Origin: Gammaproteobacteria bacterium
GTDB taxonomy: Bacteria; Pseudomonadota; Gammaproteobacteria; Steroidobacterales; UBA11654
DNA: 61,197 bases
NCBI GenBank assembly: GCA_029941465.1
Contig: JAPYQN010000007.1
Span: 972-62,168, forward strand
Direction: 5' to 3'
Under the pieces are notes generated by a model that did no database searches, was not told the DNA's origin, and saw only the letters and a program-made list of their open reading frames with translations. Of this stretch, positions 10,401 to 20,708 are shown piece after piece; position 1 is the stretch's first letter; the number at the start of each line of letters is the position of its first letter. A program made the translations under genes and the position numbers.

Positions 10401-10706
10401 ATGAATCAGAGAATTATTACCGTATTCTTAGTTTTGTTTGTCCTCTCAGGATGTGCAACTCTTCCTCCTTTACAAGAAATGAGTAATGCCAGGCAAACAA
10501 TTTCAGCGGCAAAAGAATTAAGTGAGCATGCAGCTGAAGATGAAAAAATTCTTGAAGCAGAACGATTATTGGCAAGAGCTCAAAGAAGAATTGAAGTCAA
10601 TCTATATGATTCTGCTAGACAGGATGCATTGAGGGCTCAGAAAGAAGCAATTGAATTTATTGAAAAAGCTATTTCAAAGAATTCTGAGATAAAAAATAGT
10701 GACTAG
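10401..10706 (+). CDS. Small lipoprotein, DUF4398-like
   Basis: Lipobox LSGC followed by PPLQEMSNARQTISAA and a helical Ala-rich body. Confidence 0.7.
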   Translation: MNQRIITVFLVLFVLSGCATLPPLQEMSNARQTISAAKELSEHAAEDEKILEAERLLARAQRRIEVNLYDSARQDALRAQKEAIEFIEKAISKNSEIKNSD

Positions 10707-10714
10707 ATTGGTTC

Positions 10715-11950
10715 TTAGCCAGAAATTTTTTCCACCAACTCATTTATTGCTATATCCTCTTTGACACCACTCGAACGATTAATATGCTCAATTGTGCCTT
10801 GATCTAGTCCTCTCTTACTAACAATAATTTGATTCGGTATACCTATCAGATCTGCTTCAGCAAATTTTACTCCGGCTCTTTCATCACGATCATCAATCAT
10901 AACTTCTCTTCCAGAGGATTTAATTGCTTCATATATTTCTTTGGCTTTAGAAGTAATGTCATAATTTTTATTATTTAAAGCAATAATAATGTAATCAAAA
11001 GGGGCTATGTGCTCTGGCCAGATAATGCCTTTTTCATCATGATTCTGTTCAATTGAAGCCGCAACAATTCTTGAAATTCCAATACCATAGCAACCCATCA
11101 AAGGACTGATTTTTTGTCCTTCATGATCAAGCACACTTAGCCCCATATTTTTACTGTATTTATCTCCGAGTTGGAAAATATGTCCAACTTCTATACCTCT
11201 TGTAAAGGAGAGTAGTCCACCATTTGGCGCACTTTTAGAGTCTATCATTTCAACATTAGCAGCATAATTCTCTTCATCACAATAGCCAATTTCATCTTCA
11301 CCTGAATCTGCTAAAACATGATATTCATGGGACATAGATCCACCTATTTCTCCGCTGTCTGCCCTTACTTTTCTAAAATTTAAACCGATACGATTAAAGA
11401 TATTGTTATAAGTATTGGCCATTTTATCGTATTCATTATCAAGTGATGACTGATCAAAATGGAATGAATACGCATCCTTCATTTGGAATTCACGAGCCCT
11501 CATTACACCGAATCTTGGTCTTATTTCATCCCTAAACTTTGTTTGTATTTGATAGAAATTTACCGGTAGTTGTTTGTAGCTCGTGATTTCCTTTCTAACA
11601 ATATCAGTGATGACTTCTTCGTGGGTGGGCCCAAAACAGAAAAGACGATCATGACGATCATGTATTTTTAGAAGTAAGTTACCGTATTCATCCCATCGTC
11701 CTGTTTCTTCCCAAAGGCTCGAGGGTTGAATTGCCGGCATAAGAATTTCAAAGGCACCAGACTGATTCATTTCTGCTCTTACAATGTCTTCAATATTTCT
11801 AAGGACTCTTAATCCTAGTGGCATCCATGTAAAGAGACCGGAGGCCAGTTTTTTAATTAATCCAGCTCTTAACATCAACTGATGAGAGACTAGTTCTGCA
11901 TCGGAAGGAGTATCTTTGTAGGTCTTTAAAGGGTATTTTGAAAGTTCCAT
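10715..11950 (-). CDS. proS: Proline--tRNA ligase lacking the INS editing domain
   Basis: GPTHEE, FRDEIRPRFGVMRAREF, GIEVGHIFQLG and MGCYGIG. Only 411 aa. Confidence 0.97.
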   Translation of the reverse strand: MELSKYPLKTYKDTPSDAELVSHQLMLRAGLIKKLASGLFTWMPLGLRVLRNIEDIVRAEMNQSGAFEILMPAIQPSSLWEETGRWDEYGNLLLKIHDRHDRLFCFGPTHEEVITDIVRKEITSYKQLPVNFYQIQTKFRDEIRPRFGVMRAREFQMKDAYSFHFDQSSLDNEYDKMANTYNNIFNRIGLNFRKVRADSGEIGGSMSHEYHVLADSGEDEIGYCDEENYAANVEMIDSKSAPNGGLLSFTRGIEVGHIFQLGDKYSKNMGLSVLDHEGQKISPLMGCYGIGISRIVAASIEQNHDEKGIIWPEHIAPFDYIIIALNNKNYDITSKAKEIYEAIKSSGREVMIDDRDERAGVKFAEADLIGIPNQIIVSKRGLDQGTIEHINRSSGVKEDIAINELVEKISG

Positions 11951-12067
11951 AATTAGAATATTAAGTAATTACTCAGAGAAATGCACCAAGCATGATCAAA
12001 AAAACTGTTTAAAGTTATTTTTTGTACAAACTACTAAGCTCACTTTCTATTCTTGTATAATGAAAAA

Positions 12068-12847
12068 ATGGTGATTAAGAGAAATAAAAATAAAAAGATA
12101 AAACCCTTAAAGAATGGAGTTTTTATACTTCCTAATATCTTTACAACAGCTAACTTATTTTCAGGATGTTTTTCAATTTTCTGTTCCATAGATGGAAATT
12201 ATGAGTTAGCTGCTATAGCTATTTTTATAGCAGTTTTTTTGGACGGTTTAGATGGAAAAGTAGCTAGAGCTGCAAATGCCGTATCGGATTTTGGTAAAGA
12301 CTACGACAGTTTGTCTGATCTAATTTCATTTGGGGCTGCTCCTGCAATATTTTATTATGCATGGTGCTCTAATATTCCAGGTGGAGATTCTCAGCATAAA
12401 ATCATATGGCTCATTTCTTTTTTCTATATTGCCTGTGCTGCTCTCAGATTAGCTAGATTTAATAACTTGCTTCAATTAAAAGATGATAATCATTTTACCG
12501 GTTTTCCATCTCCAGCTGCGGCAACTTTATGTGGTGTTGTAATTTGGCAATGTCAAATTCATTACATTGACCCGTTAATCAGTTATGCATTGATTTCTTT
12601 TGTTTTTTCTATAAGTGCTCTAATGATGGTTTCATCCATACATTACAATAGTTTTAAAAATCTAAGAAGAGTTAATAAAATGCCTTTTTCTGGAGCACTA
12701 TTGGGTCCACTATTACTTATATTAATTTTATTAAACCCTCCAGTAGTATTAACTTTTTTATCCGTGGCTTATATAGTGTCTGGACCAATAAACTCTTTAC
12801 TTCTTTTGATTGGTAAATCTGATTCTAATCCACAAGAAGACAACTAA
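12068..12847 (+). CDS. pssA: CDP-diacylglycerol--serine O-phosphatidyltransferase (type II)
   Basis: LPNIFTTANL, DGLDGKVAR, DSLSDLISFG, ALRLARFN and FTGFPSP. ATG 12068 is the preferred start. Confidence 0.92.
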   Translation: MVIKRNKNKKIKPLKNGVFILPNIFTTANLFSGCFSIFCSIDGNYELAAIAIFIAVFLDGLDGKVARAANAVSDFGKDYDSLSDLISFGAAPAIFYYAWCSNIPGGDSQHKIIWLISFFYIACAALRLARFNNLLQLKDDNHFTGFPSPAAATLCGVVIWQCQIHYIDPLISYALISFVFSISALMMVSSIHYNSFKNLRRVNKMPFSGALLGPLLLILILLNPPVVLTFLSVAYIVSGPINSLLLLIGKSDSNPQEDN

Positions 12848-12861
12848 ATTATATTAACTTA

Positions 12862-13503
12862 ATGTCCAATTTACATAAGTTCCTTGACTATATTGGAATT
12901 CAAACCTACGTATTAAGGCCTTCTATTAAACCGGATTATAAGAGCAGTAGTGAAACCAATTGGGTTGAATTAGAAAAAGAAGTTAGTAATTGTAAAGACT
13001 GTGAGCTTCACAAAACAAGAACCCAAACTGTTTTTGGATGTGGGAATGAACAATCAGATTGGCTATTCATAGGTGAGGCTCCAGGTAAGGATGAGGATCT
13101 TAAAGGAGAACCCTTTGTGGGAAGAGCAGGTCGTCTATTAAATGAGGTTATCTTTTCATTAAATCTAAAACGAGAAGATGTTTATATCGCTAATATCCTT
13201 AAATGTCGTCCTCCAAATAACCGCGATCCCTCGCAAGATGAAATTCAATCATGCACAACTTATTTGCAGCAACAAATTAAAATGATTTCACCAAAAATTA
13301 TTATTGCTGTTGGAAGAGTTGCTGCTCAGCATTTACTTAACACAGATCTGACGATGGCAAAACTAAGAGGTACTGTGCATTCATACGGTTCAAAATCGAT
13401 ACCGTTAATCACAATTTATCACCCTGCTTACCTTCTGAGGAGTCCGTCTCAAAAACATAAAGTATGGTCAGATTTGCAAGTAGTAATGACACTGATGCAA
13501 TAA
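12862..13503 (+). CDS. Uracil-DNA glycosylase family 4
   Basis: CKDC, GEAPG, PFVGRAG, KCRPPNNR and HPAYLLR. Confidence 0.93.
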   Translation: MSNLHKFLDYIGIQTYVLRPSIKPDYKSSSETNWVELEKEVSNCKDCELHKTRTQTVFGCGNEQSDWLFIGEAPGKDEDLKGEPFVGRAGRLLNEVIFSLNLKREDVYIANILKCRPPNNRDPSQDEIQSCTTYLQQQIKMISPKIIIAVGRVAAQHLLNTDLTMAKLRGTVHSYGSKSIPLITIYHPAYLLRSPSQKHKVWSDLQVVMTLMQ

Positions 13504-13506
13504 GCA

Positions 13507-14766
13507 GTGAATTACCTAAAAAGAAAAAAAGTTATTTCTTGGGCTTTTTACGATTGGGCTAATTCTGCTTTTGCAACAACTGTGATGGCAGGTTTTTTTC
13601 CTCTTTTTTTTAAATCATATTGGGCAACAGATCTTTCATCAATTGAGAGCACTGCTGCAATTGGCACAGTTAATTCAATCGCGGGTCTTGTTATTATGAT
13701 TTTAGCTCCAATACTAGGAGCCTATTCTGATTTAGGAAAATTGAAGAAAAAATTTCTTGCATTTTTTGCTCTTATCGGAGTTCTAAGTACAGGGTATCTT
13801 TATTTTATTCCACAAGGCGATTGGTTTCTTGCTGCTGGCCTTTATACATTGGCAGTGATTGGGTTTTCTGGGGGTAATATATTTTATGATTCTTTAATTG
13901 TTTCAGTTTCTAGAGAAGATCAGAGAAATAAAGTTTCTTCCCTGGGCTATTCCTTGGGTTATTTAGGCGGGGGATTATTGTTTCTCATTAATGTTTTAAT
14001 GTATTTGAACCCTACATGGTTTGGATTATCCTCTGAAGTGGAAGCCATACTTTGGTCTTTTTTGTCTGTAGCTATTTGGTGGGCAATTTTTTCATTACCT
14101 CTTTTTAAGAATGTTGAGGAGAAAGGTAATGAAGACAGCTCAATAAATATTTTTAGAACCATTATCAAAGCTTTTAGTGCTGTAGTTCAAACAGTAAAGG
14201 AGATAAAGAATCATAAACGAATTGCTTTATTCCTTCTTGCATATTGGTTTTATATGGATGGGATAGACACCATAGTTAGAATGGCCATTGCTTATGGTTC
14301 AGACATTGGTTTGGATGCATCCTCAATGATTAAAGCTTTGATTATGACTCAATTTATAGGTTTTCCAGCAACTCTTGTTTTTGGAATGTATGCCGATAAA
14401 CTCGGTTTTAAAAAGATCCTCACAATTGGAGTATGTATATACATACTGGTATGTTTTTATGCCACTTATATGACCACAGCTTTTGAATTTTATGTTATTG
14501 CTGGAACAGTTGGCCTTGTTCAAGGCGGTGTTCAGGCAATCAGTAGATCTTTTTTTAGTAATTTAATACCAAAGGGTAAAGAAGCTCAATTCTTTGGTTT
14601 TTATAATTTAGTTGGTAAATCAGCTGTAATAGTAGGTCCTGCCTTAGTTTCTTGGATTGCTTTAATATCTGGTAATCCTAGATATGGTATTCTCAGTTTA
14701 TTGCTTCTTTTTATTCCTGGATTAATACTACTTTGGATGGTTCCTAATAAAGAATTAGCTCAATGA
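13507..14766 (+). CDS. MFS transporter (UMF1/Atg22-like)
   Basis: SWAFYDWANSAF and SLGYSLGYLGG, with about 12 TM. Confidence 0.88.
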   Translation: MNYLKRKKVISWAFYDWANSAFATTVMAGFFPLFFKSYWATDLSSIESTAAIGTVNSIAGLVIMILAPILGAYSDLGKLKKKFLAFFALIGVLSTGYLYFIPQGDWFLAAGLYTLAVIGFSGGNIFYDSLIVSVSREDQRNKVSSLGYSLGYLGGGLLFLINVLMYLNPTWFGLSSEVEAILWSFLSVAIWWAIFSLPLFKNVEEKGNEDSSINIFRTIIKAFSAVVQTVKEIKNHKRIALFLLAYWFYMDGIDTIVRMAIAYGSDIGLDASSMIKALIMTQFIGFPATLVFGMYADKLGFKKILTIGVCIYILVCFYATYMTTAFEFYVIAGTVGLVQGGVQAISRSFFSNLIPKGKEAQFFGFYNLVGKSAVIVGPALVSWIALISGNPRYGILSLLLLFIPGLILLWMVPNKELAQ

Positions 14767-17517
14767 GAGCATTTTAATTTGCTCTTCTATTCGAGTTTTA
14801 TCAAATTCAGCGTTTTTACACTTAATTTTTAGCTCATCAACTACATCTCTAGGTGCTTTATTGATAAAACCCTCACTGGATAATCTATTATTCATAGAGG
14901 TAATTTCATTTAGTATTCTTTCATATTTTTTATTTAACCTTTTCTTTTCCTCTTCTATATCAATTAAACCTTCTAGTGGAATAAATATTTTTATATTACC
15001 TAAAAGTGCTATTGCAGAAATAGGAACATCATCTTTTTCTTTTATGATTTTGATTTCATCTATAGAGGCAAGATCTTTAATATATGACATCGTTTGATCA
15101 AGATTTTTCATGTCCAGTTCAGAAGGCCCTTTAACTAAGATATTAATTTTCTTTTTTGGCGGAATACTCATTTCAGAGCGTATTTGTCTAACATTAGTAA
15201 CAAATGCTTTCAGCCATTCAATAATTGCAACACTGTCATCGTTTGATTCCAGATTTTTATTTTTAGGAAAAGGCTGAGTCATTATACTTGCGAGGTTATT
15301 TTCCTTACTTAGTGATTGCCAAATTTCTTCTGTGATAAAAGGAATTATTGGATGTAAAGCCCTTAAAGAGATTTCAAGAACTTGTATAAGGTTATTTTTC
15401 ATTTGTGATTTCTGACTCTTTGTTTTATTTGCATCATTTAAGAAAGATTTTGAGAGTTCAAGATACCAGTCACAGTAGTCATTCCAAATGAATTCATATA
15501 AACCGTTAGAAGCCCTATCGAGCCTATATTCATTAAAGTTTTTTTCAGTATTAGATATTAGTGAGGATAGTTTCGATTGGATCCAAAGATCTACAATATT
15601 AGCATTAGTTTGTTTTTCTATTTCGGGCTCATATTCAAAATCATTTGTGTTCATTTTTACAAAACGAGCAGCATTCCATAATTTATTACAAAAATTTCTA
15701 TATCCTTCTACTCGATTCAGATCAAGCCTTATATCTCTCCCTGTGGTTGCTTGAATTGCAAAAGTAAACCTTAAGGCATCTGTTCCATATTCCGGAATTC
15801 CTTTAGGAAATTCTTTTTTAGTTTCTTTGATTATTCTTTGTGCCATTTCAGGTTGCATTAATCCTTGGGTTCTTTTCTCAGTGAGTGTTTTAAGGTCTAT
15901 ACCGTCTATTACATCTAAAGGGTCAAGAATATTACCTTTTGATTTAGACATTTTTTGTCCATTCTTATCTCTTATTAATCCATGAATGTAAACCTCATTG
16001 AATGGGATTTCACCCATAAACTTAATTCCCATCATGATCATTCTAGCTACCCAAAAAAATATAATATCGAATCCTGTCACCAAGACATTAGTGGGGTAGA
16101 AGGTATCAAGATCATAAGTCTTATTGGGCCAACCTAGACTAGAAAATGGCCATAGAGCTGAGGAAAACCATGTGTCCAGTACATCATCATCCTGTTTGAG
16201 TCTGATGGAAGGATTTATTTGGTGTTCTTTTCTAACAGTTGCTTCACTCTTGCCAACATAAACATTGCCTTCATTATCATACCAAGCCGGTATTCTGTGA
16301 CCCCACCATAGTTGTCGACTAATGCACCAGTCTTGAATATTTTCCATCCAATCAAAATAGGTTTTTGACCAATTCTCAGGAACAAATTTTAATTTGCCAT
16401 CTTTAACAACTTTAATAGCCGGTTCTGCAAGTGGTTTCATTTTCACAAACCATTGGTCTGTCAGTAAAGGTTCCAAAATAGCGCCACTCCTATCTCCTCT
16501 TGGAACACTGAGTTGATAATCTTCAATTTTATCTAGAAGACCTAATGATTTAATCGTTTCTACAATCATTTTTCTGGCAACGAAACGATCTAGTCCAATA
16601 AATTCATGAGGAACTGATTGATTCATCTTGGCCTCTTTAGTGAGAATATTAATGACTTCTAGGCCATGTCGTTTTCCGATTTCAAAATCATTAAAATCAT
16701 GAGCTGGAGTTATTTTTACACACCCACTACCAAATTCTTGGTCAACGTATTCATCAGCAATAATTGGTATAGATCTATTAGTTAATGGCAATTCTATTTC
16801 TTTTCCTATTAGGTCTCTATATCGCTTATCCTTCGGGTTTACTGCAACTGCAGTATCACCCAACATGGTTTCAGGTCTTGTGGTTGCCACAGTTATTGAA
16901 TCAGTTGTGCCCTTTATCGGGTATTTAAAATGCCACAAAAAACTGCTTTCTTCAGATTGAATAACCTCTAAGTCTGATAAGGCAGTTAAAAGTATAGGGT
17001 CCCAATTAACTAACCTTTTACCTTTATAGATAAGGCCTTCTTTGTAGAGTTTTATAAAAACCTCTTTAACACCTTCAGCCAGTTCATCATCCATTGTAAA
17101 CTTTTCTTTTGTCCAATCTGTTGATGCGCCTAAACGTTTTAATTGGTTAGAAATAGTGTCACCTGATTGTTCTTTCCATTCCCAAACTTTCTTCTCAAAA
17201 GCCTTTCTACCCAATTCAGTTCTGGAGGAACCTTCTTGTTCTAGTTGTCGCTCAACCACCATCTGAGTGGCAATACCTGCATGGTCAGTTCCTACTTGCC
17301 ATAAGGTATTTTTTCCTTTCATTCGTTGATAACGAGTCAAGGTATCCATTATCGTGTCTTGGAAAGCATGTCCCATATGTAATGTTCCTGTTACATTTGG
17401 AGGAGGAATAACAATACAAAAAGAATCGCCCTTTTTACTTGGTGCAAAATATCCAGCATCTTCCCAAGATTTATAAATCCTTTTCTCTATTGTTTTTGGG
17501 TTATAGGTTTTGTCCAT
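14755..17517 (-). CDS. valS: Valine--tRNA ligase
   Basis: PPPNVTGTLHMGH, ATTRPET, DWCISRQLWWGH, KMSKS and a C-terminal coiled coil. Confidence 0.98.
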   Translation of the reverse strand: MDKTYNPKTIEKRIYKSWEDAGYFAPSKKGDSFCIVIPPPNVTGTLHMGHAFQDTIMDTLTRYQRMKGKNTLWQVGTDHAGIATQMVVERQLEQEGSSRTELGRKAFEKKVWEWKEQSGDTISNQLKRLGASTDWTKEKFTMDDELAEGVKEVFIKLYKEGLIYKGKRLVNWDPILLTALSDLEVIQSEESSFLWHFKYPIKGTTDSITVATTRPETMLGDTAVAVNPKDKRYRDLIGKEIELPLTNRSIPIIADEYVDQEFGSGCVKITPAHDFNDFEIGKRHGLEVINILTKEAKMNQSVPHEFIGLDRFVARKMIVETIKSLGLLDKIEDYQLSVPRGDRSGAILEPLLTDQWFVKMKPLAEPAIKVVKDGKLKFVPENWSKTYFDWMENIQDWCISRQLWWGHRIPAWYDNEGNVYVGKSEATVRKEHQINPSIRLKQDDDVLDTWFSSALWPFSSLGWPNKTYDLDTFYPTNVLVTGFDIIFFWVARMIMMGIKFMGEIPFNEVYIHGLIRDKNGQKMSKSKGNILDPLDVIDGIDLKTLTEKRTQGLMQPEMAQRIIKETKKEFPKGIPEYGTDALRFTFAIQATTGRDIRLDLNRVEGYRNFCNKLWNAARFVKMNTNDFEYEPEIEKQTNANIVDLWIQSKLSSLISNTEKNFNEYRLDRASNGLYEFIWNDYCDWYLELSKSFLNDANKTKSQKSQMKNNLIQVLEISLRALHPIIPFITEEIWQSLSKENNLASIMTQPFPKNKNLESNDDSVAIIEWLKAFVTNVRQIRSEMSIPPKKKINILVKGPSELDMKNLDQTMSYIKDLASIDEIKIIKEKDDVPISAIALLGNIKIFIPLEGLIDIEEEKKRLNKKYERILNEITSMNNRLSSEGFINKAPRDVVDELKIKCKNAEFDKTRIEEQIKMLSLS

Positions 17518-17520
17518 ATT

Positions 17521-17958
17521 CTAATCTGCTTTATACGCTTTAATTATAGAACCATTTGCTTTATATGCTTTCCATTTTTCTCTGGCTTTATTTTTTTTAT
17601 TTTCATCATTGCCCACAATTTCATGAATTTTTGAAGTGCTTTTTGATGCCCTTGGAATTTCTTGACTAACATTAATTAGAGCTTCTGCTGTTTCAATTTG
17701 ATTAGTATCCCAACCTATTATTACGGGTGTTTGTTCTTGTTCTGGATTACCTAATATTGTGTGTGGAACAAAGCTTTCTTGTCTAAAAGTCCATAACAAG
17801 CGATCAAACTCTTTAGCTTCATTTTCACTATTGAAATGAATATAGATAGGTTTTGATCCTTGTTTGTAGCCTTTTTCAACTAATCTACAAATATAAACTA
17901 GTAAATCTCTGCCTGATGTTTTTTCAAAGTGATGGAAAAGAACTTGCATATTTTGCAA
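17521..17958 (-). CDS. holC: DNA polymerase III chi subunit
   Basis: DRLLWTFRQESFVPH motif and pepA-holC-valS synteny. Confidence 0.9.
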   Translation of the reverse strand: MQNMQVLFHHFEKTSGRDLLVYICRLVEKGYKQGSKPIYIHFNSENEAKEFDRLLWTFRQESFVPHTILGNPEQEQTPVIIGWDTNQIETAEALINVSQEIPRASKSTSKIHEIVGNDENKKNKAREKWKAYKANGSIIKAYKAD

Positions 17959-17961
17959 GTC

Positions 17962-19464
17962 TTAATTACCTGATTCACTGATTAAAAATTCAGAAACCAA
18001 ACCAACCGGTCTACCTGTTGCTCCTTTGTTTTGACCTTCTAACCAAGCGACACCAGCAATATCAATGTGTGCCCATTCAAAATCGCCCACAAATTTTTGA
18101 AGGAAACACCCCGCAGTGATGGTTCCAGCTCCCGAGCCTCTTGTACTAATGTTTGCAACATCAGCAAAATTACTCACTATCTGATCAGAATAGTCTTCTG
18201 TCAATGGGAGTCTCCATGTTGCATCACCCGAATCAACTCCAGCTTTCAATAGTTTTTCAGCAAGATGATCCGAGTTAGACATCAAACCAGAATGATGCTG
18301 CCCTAGAGCAACAACACAGGCTCCAGTAAGTGTGGCCATATCAATAATCAATTTTGGTTTATACCTTTGTGCATAAGTTAAGGCATCTGCTAGGATTAAT
18401 CGTCCTTCAGCGTCTGTGTTCAATATTTCTATCGTTTGACCTGACATTGACTTAACAATATCTCCAGGTTTGGTTGCTGTAGAGCTGGGTACATTTTCGC
18501 AAGTAGGGATAATGAAAACAGCGTTTAAATTCAAGCCTAGCTCAGCAACAACTTGAAGCAAGCCAACAGTAGTAGCAGCTCCGCACATATCGTATTTCAT
18601 TTCATCCATACTGTTAGAAGGTTTTAGTGAAATTCCCCCTGTGTCAAAAGTAATTCCTTTTCCAACAATCACAATAGGTTTTTCATTTTTTCTTGAGCCT
18701 TTATATTCAGCTATAATCATTTTAGCTGGTTCCGAAGATCCAGCAGTTACAGATAATAGAGAATTCATCCCAAATTTTTTCATCTGAGATTCATTTAATA
18801 CTTTTACACTGACTGCTTTGTGTTTACGACCAATCTTTGTTGCCTCATTAGCAAGATGTGTTGGTGTACAAATATTTGAAGGTAAGTCTGCTAAAAGTCG
18901 TACTGTTTTTATTGCTTTACCGATGGCATCCCCGTTATTAAATCCTTTTTTCATTTCAGAGGATCTGGCATTACCGTTTGTGCCATGATAGAGCTTATTT
19001 AGGGATATTTTCTTTTCATTACTTGGCTTTGTAGTAGTGTACTGATAGGAAATTTGATGCCAAGCTTCAGCTAGTATTTTCGTAGCACGATATTCAGTTC
19101 CAGCTTTATTTCCACAAATATCACTTGTTCCAAGAAAGCTTATAGCACTTTTATGAGTAGTCCTAGACAATTTTGAGAGAGCTGAGATTAATGCCTTTTT
19201 GTAGTTTTTCTCAGAATATTTTTCGTATTTTCCGCAGCCAACCAAAACTAGCCGTTTATAGGTTTTTCCTGTAATAGGTAAGATTCTACTCTGACCAATT
19301 TTCCCTTGTATGTCCTTGTTTTTCTGGAAATCAGAAATAATTTTATTGTTTGCTGTATTTATTGTTTTTGTTGCCCCTCTTAATTTAGGATCATCAAAAA
19401 TAGGGAGGATAAGGCAGTCTACTTTTGCTTCAATAGCCTTGTTTGTATTTATTAAGAAATTCAT
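17962..19464 (-). CDS. pepA: Leucyl aminopeptidase
   Basis: GKGITFDTGG, MKYDMCG, NTDAEGRL and ATLTGA. Confidence 0.97.
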   Translation of the reverse strand: MNFLINTNKAIEAKVDCLILPIFDDPKLRGATKTINTANNKIISDFQKNKDIQGKIGQSRILPITGKTYKRLVLVGCGKYEKYSEKNYKKALISALSKLSRTTHKSAISFLGTSDICGNKAGTEYRATKILAEAWHQISYQYTTTKPSNEKKISLNKLYHGTNGNARSSEMKKGFNNGDAIGKAIKTVRLLADLPSNICTPTHLANEATKIGRKHKAVSVKVLNESQMKKFGMNSLLSVTAGSSEPAKMIIAEYKGSRKNEKPIVIVGKGITFDTGGISLKPSNSMDEMKYDMCGAATTVGLLQVVAELGLNLNAVFIIPTCENVPSSTATKPGDIVKSMSGQTIEILNTDAEGRLILADALTYAQRYKPKLIIDMATLTGACVVALGQHHSGLMSNSDHLAEKLLKAGVDSGDATWRLPLTEDYSDQIVSNFADVANISTRGSGAGTITAGCFLQKFVGDFEWAHIDIAGVAWLEGQNKGATGRPVGLVSEFLISESGN

Positions 19465-19622
19465 TCTATGTACTCATTAATTTAAATTTATATTAAAAGG
19501 AAAAACCTGAAAAAACTATAATCTTTATAGTATTTCTAAGATGATAATTGTAGTGTAATGACATGAGCTTTAAAACCAATAATTAAAGGCTATTTTTTAA
19601 TCTTAATGAATATGCAGATTTT

Positions 19623-20708
19623 ATGAATAAGATTATTGGAAAATATTTTTTAAAGGAGTTAGTAACTACCTGGTTTGCTGTTACTCTCATTCTCCTTATT
19701 ATTTTATCTACTAATAAATTTGCTGATGTTATTGGAGATATTGCGTCTGGGGATTTACCATCATCTTCTTTGTTTCAAGTCATTTTCTATTCATCAATAG
19801 ATTATTTAGTGATTCTTATCCCGCTGAGCACTTTCCTATCTATTCTTATGGTCCTTGGAAGATTTTATAAAAATAGTGAAATGACAGCTATTTTAAGCTC
19901 AGGTGTTGGTCCTTCTCATTTATATCGTGTTTTAAGTGGACCTTTAGTTGTCTTAATAGCCAGCTTATTATTAATTTCTGTTTTTGTATCTCCTCAAGCA
20001 AAAAAGAGTATTGAATTATCAAAACAAAATGCTTTGACAAAGATTGGTATAGAATTTTTTGAACCTGGAAGATTTATTACCTTAAAAGATGGTGCTGTTT
20101 TTTACTCAAAAGAAAGGCTTGGTAATAACAGGTTTTTAGAAGTTTTCATGCAAACTGAGATCAATGGAGAAGTGAGTGTTGTTACAGCAGAATATGCTGA
20201 GATTCAAGGAACTCAGGGTAATAATCTTTTAGTTTTTTTTAATGGTCGAAGATATCAAGGTAAGCCAGGTGATAACGATTTTAGAGTCTTAGAGTTCTCA
20301 GAGCATCAGTTACCTTTATTTATCAGTAAAACTAATAAAGAGGCCAATAATATTTCAACTGAAAGCATGAGTAACCTATTGAGACAGTCAGATTTATTAT
20401 CTCAAGCTGAAATCCAATGGCGACTTTCTCCGCCTATTGCTTTATTAATTCTGGTTTTCCTAGCTGTTCCTCTAAGTAAAACTTCTCCCAGACAAGGTCA
20501 GTATGGAGGCTTGGTGCTCGGTGTTTTAGTTTATATGATTTATGTTAATTTGCTTGGTGCTGCCAGAGTATGGTTTGAACAGGGGGATTCACCTCAGGTT
20601 ATTGGTCTTTGGTGGGTTCATTGCCTCGGTTTTATTTTTACATTGTTTATGATTTTAACCAGTTATAATTTTTTTAGTCGGTTAACAACCATTAGAGAGA
20701 AAAAATGA
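19623..20708 (+). CDS. lptF: LPS export ABC transporter permease LptF
   Basis: 3+3 TM, SEMTA and AEIQWR motifs, divergent from pepA. Confidence 0.92.
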   Translation: MNKIIGKYFLKELVTTWFAVTLILLIILSTNKFADVIGDIASGDLPSSSLFQVIFYSSIDYLVILIPLSTFLSILMVLGRFYKNSEMTAILSSGVGPSHLYRVLSGPLVVLIASLLLISVFVSPQAKKSIELSKQNALTKIGIEFFEPGRFITLKDGAVFYSKERLGNNRFLEVFMQTEINGEVSVVTAEYAEIQGTQGNNLLVFFNGRRYQGKPGDNDFRVLEFSEHQLPLFISKTNKEANNISTESMSNLLRQSDLLSQAEIQWRLSPPIALLILVFLAVPLSKTSPRQGQYGGLVLGVLVYMIYVNLLGAARVWFEQGDSPQVIGLWWVHCLGFIFTLFMILTSYNFFSRLTTIREKK

